Shown one piece after another: positions 1 through 7,345 of a stretch of 24,000 nucleotides of DNA. The DNA lies in NCBI GenBank assembly GCA_041287225.1, contig JBEULO010000067.1, positions 1 to 24,000 on the forward strand, given 5' to 3'. Made by a program: the position numbers and the translations under genes. The DNA comes from Thermoproteus sp. (lineage in GTDB: Archaea > Thermoproteota > Thermoprotei > Thermoproteales > Thermoproteaceae). A model generated the notes under the pieces. The model saw nothing but the letters and a program-made list of their open reading frames with translations, had not been told where the DNA came from and searched no databases. The first letter of the stretch is position 1, and every line of letters starts with the position of its first letter.

Positions 1-125
1 CGGGCGTGTGGACCGACGGCGAGACGGTCTCCAAGTTTCTAGTAGGTGGGGCCTTTAGGTGGAGGGAGCTCTTGGGCCTTCTGGCCGCCGCCTACGAGTA
101 CCGACTGGCCTTGAGGGGGACCTAG
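1..125 (+). CDS. 3' end of an unidentified protein-coding gene (partial, runs off the window start)
   Basis: Frame 3 is open from nt 3 to TAG at 123-125 (..GVWTDGETVSKFLVGGAFRWRELLGLLAAAYEYRLALRGT*). Composition matches neighbouring genes, and a T-rich tract follows. No recognisable family. Confidence 0.3.
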   Translation, partial: GVWTDGETVSKFLVGGAFRWRELLGLLAAAYEYRLALRGT

Positions 126-133
126 GGCGAACT

Positions 134-142
134 CTTTTTATC
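134..142 (+). promoter_or_regulatory. TATA-like box for hel308 (CTTTTTATC)
   Basis: The AT-rich box is centred about 24 nt upstream of the GTG start at 162. This spacing recurs at most genes in the window. Confidence 0.45.
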
Positions 143-161
143 GCCACCTCAAGCCCCTTTT

Positions 162-2309
162 GTGGACGTCTCGTCGTTGCCCATACCTGGAGGGCTGAGG
201 GAGGTGTTGAGGAGGAGGGGGATAGAGAAGTTGTATCCGCCCCAGGAGGCGGCAGTGAGGGCCGGCGTCCTCGAGGGGGCGAACGTCTTGATGACTACGG
301 CCACGGCCTCCGGCAAGACCCTCTTGGCCGAAATCGCCGCCGTCAAGACCGCGCTGGAGGGCCGGATGGCCGTGTTCACAGTGCCCCTCAAGGCCCTCGC
401 CTACGAGAAACAGCTCCATTTCTCCTACTACGAGGGGCTCGTCGACGTGGCCGTGTCTACTGGGGAATACGACTCGGACGACGCTTGGCTACATAAATAC
501 GACGTGGTTGTGACCACCTACGAGAAGTTGGACAGCCTATTGAGGCATAGGCCCAGTTGGCTCAATAAAGTGGGGCTGGTGGTCCTCGACGAGATACACT
601 ACGTGGGGGACCCCAAGAGGGGGCCCGTCCTGGAGTCCATAGCGGCCAAGATGAAGTACCTAGGCCTCAAGGCCCAGATATTGGCCCTCAGCGCGACTGT
701 GGGAAACCCCGAAGTCCTGGCCAGATGGCTGGGGGCGAAGTTGGTCAAGTCGGACTGGAGGCCCGTGCCCTTGAGGGAGGGCGTATATGTAGAGGGCAGG
801 ATAAAATATGTAGACGGTTCAGTCAAGTCGGTCGACGCCCCCCGATCCGCCGAGCCCGAGGTGTCCTTGGCCCTCGACGCGATTGGGGGCGGGGGGCAGG
901 CGTTGGTCTTCGTCAATAGTAGGTCCGCCACCGTGGCCACGGCCAGGAGGATAGCCGAGGCCATAGCCGCCAGCGGGGAGGAGCTGATAGACCCGTCCGA
1001 GGCGGCGGAGCTCGCAAGGCGCGTAGAGGAGGAGGCGACCAGTAGGATAATCGGCCGCGAGCTCGCAGAGGTCGTGGCGAGAGGCGTGGCGTTCCACAAC
1101 GCGGGGCTCGAGCTAGAGCTCAGGAGGATAGTGGAGGAGGGCTTCAGGAGGGGCGTCGTCAAGGCCGTCGTGTCGACCACGACGCTTGCCGCCGGCGTGA
1201 ACCTCCCGGCGCGGAGAGTAGTGATAACGGAGGTGAGGAGGTACGACCCCCTTCTGGGCATGGAGGAGATTCCAGTCATGGAGTACAGACAGATGGCCGG
1301 AAGGGCCGGCAGGCCCGGGCTGGACCCATACGGCGAGGCTGTGGCGGTCGCCCACAGCGAGAAGGAGGCCGAATACATCATGGATAGATACATAGGAGGG
1401 CCGACGGAGCCCATAAGGTCCCAGCTCTTCACCGACGTCAATTTGAGGTCCCACCTCCTCGGCGTCGTGGGGAGCGGATACGCCAACACGCTCGACGAGG
1501 TGCTGGACTACCTCTCCTCGACTCTCGCCTACGCCCAGTTGGGCCCCGCGGCTATGTCCATAGCCAGAAATAAGGCCGAGCGGGCGTTGGACCAGCTGGC
1601 CGCCTGGGGCTTTTTGGAGAAGGCCGGAGACGCCTACTACGCGACGCCGTTGGGGAGGCTGGTGTCTAGGCTGTATGTGGATCCCGAAACCGCGGCGACA
1701 TATATAGACCTCATGAAGGCCATGAGGGTCGACTCGCCGATAGTATATATCTATATCGTGGCGAGATCGCCGGAGGTGCCCAAGATATGGCGCGGCCGTT
1801 TCGACAAGAGGGTGGCGGCCGAGATAACGAAGGCCTTCCCGGACCTCCTCCTAGACGAGGAGGACGAAGAGTTCAGAGAGGTCGTGAAGACCGTCCAGAT
1901 GTTGTGGGAATGGGCCAACGAGGCCCCTGAAGACAAGCTGTACGAGAAGTACGGCGTAGGGCCCGGCGACATTAGGGTCTACGCCGACCTCTTCGAGTGG
2001 CTGGGCACGGCGGCGGCCAAATTGGCGTCTGCGGTGGGTCTGCCCCAGAGGGCGGAGGGCGTCTTGAAGGCGACCTATAGGGTGGTGTACGGGGTGAGGG
2101 AGGAGCTGTTGGGGCTCGTCTTGAATCTGAGGGGGGTCGGGAGGGTCAGGGCCAGGACTCTCTACAACGCCGGGTATAGGACAGTGGCCGATATAGCCAA
2201 GGCGAGGCCTTCAGATATAGCCCGCCTGCCGGGCTTCGGCGAGAAGCTGGCCCTAAGCGTCGTGGAGCAGGCCAGGTCGCTTTTGGGCCTAAAGCCCGAA
2301 GGCCTCTAG
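162..2309 (+). CDS. hel308: Hel308/Hjm-type Ski2-like DNA helicase
   Basis: 715-aa ORF with a GTG start. Walker A TATASGKT, DEIH box (VVLDEIHYV), SAT motif (LSATVGN), motif VI (QMAGRAGRPG) and a C-terminal helix-hairpin-helix-like tail (RGVGRVRARTLYNAGY..LPGFGEKLA). This architecture is typical of archaeal Hel308. Confidence 0.9.
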   Translation: MDVSSLPIPGGLREVLRRRGIEKLYPPQEAAVRAGVLEGANVLMTTATASGKTLLAEIAAVKTALEGRMAVFTVPLKALAYEKQLHFSYYEGLVDVAVSTGEYDSDDAWLHKYDVVVTTYEKLDSLLRHRPSWLNKVGLVVLDEIHYVGDPKRGPVLESIAAKMKYLGLKAQILALSATVGNPEVLARWLGAKLVKSDWRPVPLREGVYVEGRIKYVDGSVKSVDAPRSAEPEVSLALDAIGGGGQALVFVNSRSATVATARRIAEAIAASGEELIDPSEAAELARRVEEEATSRIIGRELAEVVARGVAFHNAGLELELRRIVEEGFRRGVVKAVVSTTTLAAGVNLPARRVVITEVRRYDPLLGMEEIPVMEYRQMAGRAGRPGLDPYGEAVAVAHSEKEAEYIMDRYIGGPTEPIRSQLFTDVNLRSHLLGVVGSGYANTLDEVLDYLSSTLAYAQLGPAAMSIARNKAERALDQLAAWGFLEKAGDAYYATPLGRLVSRLYVDPETAATYIDLMKAMRVDSPIVYIYIVARSPEVPKIWRGRFDKRVAAEITKAFPDLLLDEEDEEFREVVKTVQMLWEWANEAPEDKLYEKYGVGPGDIRVYADLFEWLGTAAAKLASAVGLPQRAEGVLKATYRVVYGVREELLGLVLNLRGVGRVRARTLYNAGYRTVADIAKARPSDIARLPGFGEKLALSVVEQARSLLGLKPEGL

Positions 2310-2543
2310 GAAGCCCCTCCACCTCCTATATTCCTCCAGGAACTTGGCCCCCTCCTTGGTGATACAGACCTCCCCGTCCCTCTTGACGAGCCCTCTGGCC
2401 TCTAGCTCCTCGAGGAGTTTAGCCAGCCTGTCGTAGGCCATGTTGGCCTCTGCGGCGAGCCTCGTGGGGTTGGAACATCTGGTCTCCAGCGCCGTCAGCA
2501 CGTCGGCAATTATCTCGATCTTACTTCTTTTCCGTTTCGGCAT
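2289..2543 (-). CDS. Small winged-helix DNA-binding protein (putative transcriptional regulator)
   Basis: 84 aa with a basic N-terminus (MPKRKRSK), then a wHTH-like core (IIADVLTAL..NPTRLAAEANMAYDRLAKLLEELEARGLVKRDGEVCITKEGAKFL). Its ATG overlaps the stop of the upstream membrane-protein gene by 23 nt. It is convergent with hel308, with a 21-nt overlap. Confidence 0.7.
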   Translation of the reverse strand: MPKRKRSKIEIIADVLTALETRCSNPTRLAAEANMAYDRLAKLLEELEARGLVKRDGEVCITKEGAKFLEEYRRWRGFLEAFGL

Positions 2544-3045
2544 ACGTGACGCCGACCGCGAGGAAGACTGCGGCCAGCACTCTCAACAGCAGGGCGAGGC
2601 CGTATATATGCATGAGGGCCAGGCTGGCCGAGAACAAGAGATATGCCACAGCCGGCCACGGGTTGGACCGCCGCTCGGCGAATCGGTAGAGCAGAACTGC
2701 GCCTATATAGGCCGAGAGGGCCGCGTTTATGGCCACAAATAGGCCTATTCTAATCGGGACGAAGACCGCGAAGAGGCCCGCCGGCGTCACGGATATGGCC
2801 ACCAACAAGAGGCCCGCCGCCATTATTTGATAGGACATGAGGAATATGGGCTCTAGAGGCCTCAAGAGCCTCGGCACGGCGACAGCCCCCGCCAGCCCCT
2901 CAATCAGTAGGGAGAAGGCGAAGACCAACTGGCCCACCGCGAAGAGGCCCAGCCTGGCCTCCCTAAAGGCTCGATAGGCTTGTATGCTCCTGGCTATAAT
3001 ATAGACGGATACCGAAATTAGGACCAGATTGGGGATTAAGAACAC
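2521..3045 (-). CDS. Multi-pass integral membrane protein, unknown function
   Basis: 174 aa with a GTG start, almost entirely hydrophobic with about 6-7 predicted TM segments. It starts 13 nt after the stop of the upstream gene and overlaps the wHTH gene, which implies one transcription unit. Confidence 0.65.
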   Translation of the reverse strand: MFLIPNLVLISVSVYIIARSIQAYRAFREARLGLFAVGQLVFAFSLLIEGLAGAVAVPRLLRPLEPIFLMSYQIMAAGLLLVAISVTPAGLFAVFVPIRIGLFVAINAALSAYIGAVLLYRFAERRSNPWPAVAYLLFSASLALMHIYGLALLLRVLAAVFLAVGVTYAETEKK

Positions 3046-3058
3046 GGCGAAAAAAGGT

Positions 3059-3646
3059 CTAGTTTATTTGAACTGTGGCGTTGCCGTAATATATCGTAAT
3101 TTGGGTCGAGCCGAGCTGTTGCACCGCCATCCTATATACGCCGTCGAGATACGACACAACTATGAGGGCATTGCCGGCGTATATCCTCAAGGCGAAATAG
3201 TCGCCGCCAGCCACGCCGTAGGCGCTGACCACGTCGTAGGTCCGGCCGCCCGCCTCTATTGAGCCGCTACCCGCTACGACCTCGGCGAAGGCGCTAGGCC
3301 CTCTGACTATCCCCACCAGCCTCAACTGGAGCGATGCTTGGCTGGACGTCATGGATATCGTTATGTTCTTGGCGGTCGGCGGATAGGCAGATATGTTGCC
3401 GCCGGCCCGCCAGCCGGCTCGCCCCCACCCCGCAGGCGGGTAGGTCGCGACATTTGTGGGGCAAGGGGCTGCGGGACCTCTCCCGTATATAGGGGCGGCT
3501 CTGTCCCACCAGGGCGCGGCAGTCGTTACGGTCGTTGTGGCGAACGTGTTGGCGGTCTGGCTCTGCGTATTTACCGCATATGCCGCGTAGGCGGCGACCA
3601 GCGCCGCCGCCACGGCCGCAATCGCGTAGACCCAAATCCTCTGCAT
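3059..3646 (-). CDS. Secreted or membrane-anchored protein, unknown function
   Basis: 195 aa. N-terminal hydrophobic anchor MQRIWVYAIAAVAAALVAAYAAYAV, then a Thr/Ala/Pro/Trp/Gly-rich linker and a beta-rich C-terminal region. Three N-x-S/T sequons (NIS, NIT, NAT). Confidence 0.6.
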   Translation of the reverse strand: MQRIWVYAIAAVAAALVAAYAAYAVNTQSQTANTFATTTVTTAAPWWDRAAPIYGRGPAAPCPTNVATYPPAGWGRAGWRAGGNISAYPPTAKNITISMTSSQASLQLRLVGIVRGPSAFAEVVAGSGSIEAGGRTYDVVSAYGVAGGDYFALRIYAGNALIVVSYLDGVYRMAVQQLGSTQITIYYGNATVQIN

Positions 3647-3662
3647 GTACGCCGATTATCAA

Positions 3663-3696
3663 GAAAAAAATAAAAATCGAACTCACCAGATGTGAG
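3663..3696 (-). terminator. Hairpin plus oligo-U tract after the Trp-rich gene, doubling as the TATA region of the next gene
   Basis: On the minus strand CUCAC-AUCUG-GUGAG (3682-3696) is followed by UUCGAUUUUUAUUUUUUUC. The TTTTTATT portion is also centred about 26 nt upstream of the ATG at 3646. Confidence 0.4.
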
Positions 3697-3915
3697 TTAC
3701 CTAAGGGCCTTTAATAGGTCTTCGAGCTCTCTGGCGAGCGCCTCTTTGTCCTTCTGGCTCAATTTGTCCGAATATTCCTTTACGAATTGGGCCAGGCCTC
3801 TGATCTGCCACACGGCGGCCTTTAGGTGGAAGTCCACCCATTCGTCGTAGCTCCATTGAGCCGCCCACCAGGGCCCTCCCCAAGGCCCTCCCGTCCACCA
3901 TTTTCTCCACCACAT
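3697..3915 (-). CDS. Tryptophan-rich small protein, unknown function
   Basis: 72 aa. The N-terminal 25 residues are MWWRKWWTGGPWGGPWWAAQWSYDEW, and the whole protein has 11 Trp. The C-terminal half is a charged helical segment (KEYSDKLSQKDKEALARELEDLLKALR). It has its own TATA box at the standard distance. Confidence 0.5.
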   Translation of the reverse strand: MWWRKWWTGGPWGGPWWAAQWSYDEWVDFHLKAAVWQIRGLAQFVKEYSDKLSQKDKEALARELEDLLKALR

Positions 3916-3934
3916 GTATCGTTTTCGAAATCGG

Positions 3935-3946
3935 AAATATATAAAC
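3935..3946 (-). promoter_or_regulatory. TATA box of the Trp-rich gene (GTTTATATATTT on the minus strand)
   Basis: Centred about 26 nt upstream of the ATG at 3915. It is flanked by the short palindromes TTTCGAAA (3923-3930) and TCGATATCGA (3950-3959). Confidence 0.45.
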
Positions 3947-3959
3947 TTTTCGATATCGA

Positions 3960-4664
3960 TTAGATCCTCACTACGTCGTACCTCCCCACCACCTTCAATA
4001 GGGTGGTTCTAGGCCTCAGGGCCTCCATCAGCTCGGCCAAGCCGTCGCCTATCTCCAACTCGGCCAAGAAGAAGTAGTCCCAGGGCGAGAGCCTAGTGGG
4101 GCGCGAATATATGAGGGTCATATTGATGCCGGCGTCGGCTATGGGCGCCAGCGCCTTGTACAAGGCGCCCGCCACGTTGGGCACTGCGAATATCAAGGAG
4201 GCGTATCTCCCCCTGGATGGCTCGGATCTGGTCAACACGGCGAAGCGGGTATAGCTCTCCGCGTCCTCCACTCCGCATTGGGCCTCGACGCCTTGGAGGG
4301 CCTTCGGCGAGGCCAAAACGCCGCAGTCCTGGCAGGACTCGAAGGACCTCACAGCCTCGGCGGTGCTGTTCGTGTAGACCACCTGAGCGCCCAGAGAGGA
4401 CACAAAACGCCTGGCCTGCGCTATGGCGTGCGGATGCGAATAGACGACTTTGGGCGTCCCCTTCTTGGCGAAACAGAGCACAATCCTCATCTCCAAGACG
4501 GCGGCTATGTGGGCCCTACGCATCGCAAGGGAGTCCACGGTCTCCCCCACAGGCCCCTCTAGGGAGTTCATGAAGGGCACTACGCCCAGATCGGCCGAGC
4601 CGTCCTCCACCAGCTGGAAGACCTCCGATATGGTCCTAGCCGCGACGAGCTTGGCGTCTGGCAT
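3960..4664 (-). CDS. pheA: Prephenate dehydratase (PDT domain plus C-terminal ACT domain). The first canonical start gives an N-terminally short product.
   Basis: PDT-like core (DLGVVPFMNSLEGPV, TRFAVL) and an ACT-like tail (SLIFAVPNVAGALYKALAPIADAGINMTLIYSRP). The same frame stays open upstream to 4895 and encodes the conserved PDT N-terminus LLAYLGPEKSFTWEAA, but contains no ATG, GTG or TTG there (see findings). Confidence 0.85.
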   Translation of the reverse strand: MPDAKLVAARTISEVFQLVEDGSADLGVVPFMNSLEGPVGETVDSLAMRRAHIAAVLEMRIVLCFAKKGTPKVVYSHPHAIAQARRFVSSLGAQVVYTNSTAEAVRSFESCQDCGVLASPKALQGVEAQCGVEDAESYTRFAVLTRSEPSRGRYASLIFAVPNVAGALYKALAPIADAGINMTLIYSRPTRLSPWDYFFLAELEIGDGLAELMEALRPRTTLLKVVGRYDVVRI

Positions 4665-4878
4665 ATAGGTGGACGCGGCCTCCCATGTGAAGGACTTCTC
4701 GGGGCCCAGATAGGCCAGGAGGGGCTTGGCCCTGCGCGATATGAGGGAAGCCAGAAACTGGCCGAGATCTCCGCCGATGGTGGGCGGGGAGGAGCAGGCG
4801 AGCCTCTTCTCTATGAGCCTAGCTATTTCGAGCTCTATCTCGTGAACCCCTCGCAGTCCATATGGGGAGGACCGAAGA

Positions 4879-4888
4879 CCTATATAAC
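4879..4888 (-). promoter_or_regulatory. TATA box facing pheA (GTTATATAGG on the minus strand)
   Basis: Centred about 23 nt upstream of a minus-strand ATG at 4861-4859. That ATG is out of frame by one nt with the pheA reading frame. Confidence 0.4.
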
Positions 4889-4907
4889 ATTTCCGTCAGC
4901 TCCGCGC

Positions 4908-4920
4908 TATATTTATATTT
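4908..4920 (+). promoter_or_regulatory. TATA box of the Nre-family gene (TATATTTATATTT)
   Basis: Centred about 26 nt upstream of the in-frame GTG at 4940. It lies inside the longer ORF that begins at ATG 4862, which argues against the 4862 start. Confidence 0.45.
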
Positions 4921-4939
4921 ACTCCACGCGGGGCGAGAC

Positions 4940-6154
4940 GTGAAGATAAACTCCGCGCTATGCATACGCTGTAGGGGGACCAAGATGCTCTGCGGCCTAT
5001 CCTACTGCCCCGTCATGGTCAAAGCCAAAGTCAAGTCGTACTCCGACGCAGTCGCCGGGAGGACTTCCATCTCGGGCTCCTCCCCGCCCAGCGTCTTCGT
5101 GGGGCGTTTCGGCTGGCCCAAGGTGAGGGTCTACCCCTCGGTCCCGCCGGTAGAGGGCGATACGTCCCGGCTGGAGGACCCCAAGGCCTGGCTCGAAATG
5201 GACCTAGAGGAGTTCCTCGCGTCTAGGCTGATACTCGCAAGGGGGTCCTTCGAGGCCGATGTGGATTCGGCGGGGAGGCCGGGGAGGTTGCTGGAGGACG
5301 TACAGATCATGGCGCTGTCGCCGAGGCCGGCCGAGGCCGAGTTGGAGCTCAAAAGGCCGCTGAGGCCGGAGCCGGTTCTAGACGAACACGCCCCTCCCTT
5401 CGGCCCCGCCTCCCCCCTCCGCTCTCTGAGGCTGGGCTCCTTGCCCCCGCCGGAGAGGGCCGTGGAGAGGGCCTATTCAGACGGCGACTACCCGGCCGGC
5501 GAGGCTGTGTGGGACCTGTACAAGTCCGGCGTGGACGTACATAGGATAGCCAGAATTTTGAGCGTAGGCGCCCTGGGCCTGCCGGCCAGGAGGAGGCTCG
5601 TCCCGACCCGTTGGAGCATAACGGCGGTCGACAAACACATATCCGACCGCCTGTTGGAGGAGGTCAAACGCATGCCTCTAGTCGACCGCTATCTCGTCTA
5701 CGTCAGGAAGGTGAGGGGCAACACATTCGTCGGCCTTCTGGCGCCTAGAGGCTTCATGTACGAATGGGGCGAGGCTTGGTGGCCGAACACCACTTGGAAC
5801 CTATTCGGCCAGAGGCCCGAGGTGGAGGTGGACTGGGAGGGCCCCCGGGGCAGGTCGGACTACCCGTCGATAGGCGGTTGTTACTACGCGGCGAGGCTGG
5901 CGGCCGCCGAGGCTCTGGCGGCCATGAGGAGACAGGCGGCGGTAGTCCTCTGGCGCGAGATATATCCCGGCTTCGACCTTCCCGTAGGGGTGTGGTTCGT
6001 GAGGGAGAACATAAGGGCGCTCTTCAGAGGCCGCCCCGAGAAGTTCGACGAGCTCTCAGAGGCCCTAGCCCATATGGCGAGCCGCTTGAAGTTGCCGCTG
6101 GACCTTTGGTACTCCAAATCCCATGTGGTTAAACTGTTGAAATCGAGCCTCTAG
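4940..6154 (+). CDS. Nre-family protein (archaeal NreA-like putative DNA-repair factor)
   Basis: The N-terminus after GTG 4940 reads VKINSALCIRCRGTKMLCGLSYCPV, matching the CxxC+G..LCG..yCP signature I associate with the Nre N-terminal domain. The protein is about 400 aa, as in that family. The longest ORF starts at ATG 4862, but TATA spacing favours 4940. The family call is from memory of the motif, not from a search. Confidence 0.65.
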   Translation: MKINSALCIRCRGTKMLCGLSYCPVMVKAKVKSYSDAVAGRTSISGSSPPSVFVGRFGWPKVRVYPSVPPVEGDTSRLEDPKAWLEMDLEEFLASRLILARGSFEADVDSAGRPGRLLEDVQIMALSPRPAEAELELKRPLRPEPVLDEHAPPFGPASPLRSLRLGSLPPPERAVERAYSDGDYPAGEAVWDLYKSGVDVHRIARILSVGALGLPARRRLVPTRWSITAVDKHISDRLLEEVKRMPLVDRYLVYVRKVRGNTFVGLLAPRGFMYEWGEAWWPNTTWNLFGQRPEVEVDWEGPRGRSDYPSIGGCYYAARLAAAEALAAMRRQAAVVLWREIYPGFDLPVGVWFVRENIRALFRGRPEKFDELSEALAHMASRLKLPLDLWYSKSHVVKLLKSSL

Positions 6155-6193
6155 TCGGTTATAAATGTTATTAAGTGCCGTCTATATGGATTT

Positions 6194-7345
6194 GTGGAGC
6201 TGAGGGGCGTCACTCTTATATACGGCAAGCCGGGCACCGGCAAGACGACGCTCGCCATGTCTCTAGCCTCCGAGAGGTTGAAGAGAGGCGAGAAGGTCTT
6301 CTGGGTGTCTTTCTACGAGGACAAGGAGACGTTGCTCAAAAACGCCGCGGCTTTGGGCTACGATCTGGGCAGAGCGCATGTGTGGGACGCCGTCCTCGCC
6401 GACTCCGAAAGCGTATTCAACTACATAGTGGCCATGACGGCAGAAGAGGCGCCGTCTGTGTTGGTGATAGACTCCATAAGCCAGCTCCAAGGTCTCGACG
6501 TGAGGAGCCATCTGACCAACGTGGTCTATAGGGCGCTCAGGCCCACTGGAGTCGACATAGTCCTAATAGCGGAGGAGGAGGGGGTGGCGCCCTTGAACTA
6601 TATAGCCGACAATATAGTCCATTTGGTTCGAAAGGTGTCTGAGAGGGGAGTCGCCATGAGGTATATGGACTTGGAGAAACAGAGGGGCAGACCCGCGGGC
6701 TTTGTCAAGTCCTTCGAGATAATTGAAGGCGTCGGCATAGTGGTCCTGGACGAAATAAGGCCCTCTAAAACCCGCGGCCCCGGGACCATACACACGGGCA
6801 CTTGTATCGACAAGCTCATAGGGGGGCTCGACGCAGGGTCGAGTACGCTCTTCATAGCGCCCTCTACAAACCTCTATCTGAGATTTCTCGCCAAGATGGC
6901 CGCCGACATGTCGAGCCGAGGCCTCAGGTTGCTCTTCGCCGCAAGGAGCGTAGACCCCATTAAGTTTCAAACCTATGTGGAGAAACTCGGCGGCAAGATC
7001 GTGGCCAAGAAGGTGGAGGTGAGGCCGGAGCGGTATTGGTGGCTGACTTACGGCTTGTATAAGGCCGTAGAGGAGGTAGGGCCGGACGTCTTGATGACCG
7101 ACTGGCTCGACATAGAGTTCGCCCTGTTGGGCCGCGACGTCGCTTTGGAGATATTCTACAGGAACACCAAAATGTTGAGGGAGGCCGGGATCCCGCTCGT
7201 AGCTTCTGTCGTCGAAGAGCGGGGGCTCGTCGCCTTTTCGGACAACGCGGTGATGATCACAGAAGACGGCGGATCTCTCTACGCCAGCGCCGTCAAGACC
7301 AGCGGGTTCGAGGGCACCTTGAATAGATGTAGGATAGAGTTGTGA
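6194..7345 (+). CDS. KaiC/RadC-like RecA-superfamily ATPase, two domains with a degenerate second P-loop
   Basis: 383 aa with a GTG start. Domain 1 has Walker A GKPGTGKT and Walker B-like SVLVIDSI. Domain 2 (from about aa 200) keeps the KaiC-type entry motif IDKLIGGLDAGSSTL but has IAPSTNLY where the P-loop should be. AT-rich boxes at 6159-6175 lie upstream. Confidence 0.8.
   Translation: MELRGVTLIYGKPGTGKTTLAMSLASERLKRGEKVFWVSFYEDKETLLKNAAALGYDLGRAHVWDAVLADSESVFNYIVAMTAEEAPSVLVIDSISQLQGLDVRSHLTNVVYRALRPTGVDIVLIAEEEGVAPLNYIADNIVHLVRKVSERGVAMRYMDLEKQRGRPAGFVKSFEIIEGVGIVVLDEIRPSKTRGPGTIHTGTCIDKLIGGLDAGSSTLFIAPSTNLYLRFLAKMAADMSSRGLRLLFAARSVDPIKFQTYVEKLGGKIVAKKVEVRPERYWWLTYGLYKAVEEVGPDVLMTDWLDIEFALLGRDVALEIFYRNTKMLREAGIPLVASVVEERGLVAFSDNAVMITEDGGSLYASAVKTSGFEGTLNRCRIEL

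Noticed and set aside
599-1489. Long antisense or alternative-frame ORFs inside confirmed genes. Examples are 599..1489 (-), 6563..7420 (-), 8191..8892 (+), 10554..11201 (-), 11643..12221 (-), 20759..21613 (-) and 21728..22600 (-).
   Set aside because: These are shadow ORFs typical of high-GC coding DNA. Their composition is low-complexity (Arg/Pro/Gly/Leu/Ser-rich) with no motifs, and each is fully overlapped by a gene with strong family signatures.
4740-4861. A chorismate-mutase domain fused to the N-terminus of prephenate dehydratase (a P-protein-like arrangement), suggested by EIELEIARLIEKRLA.
   Set aside because: Only about 45 residues precede the PDT domain, too few for an AroQ three-helix domain of roughly 80-90 aa. 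The resemblance is limited to one helix.
4862-4939. ATG 4862 as the start of the Nre-family gene (the longest ORF).
   Set aside because: The first 26 codons contain the gene's own TATA box (4908-4920) and would overlap the pheA 5' region. Family members, as I recall them, begin close to the CxxC..LCG..CP motif, which follows GTG 4940. The longer form is not formally excluded.
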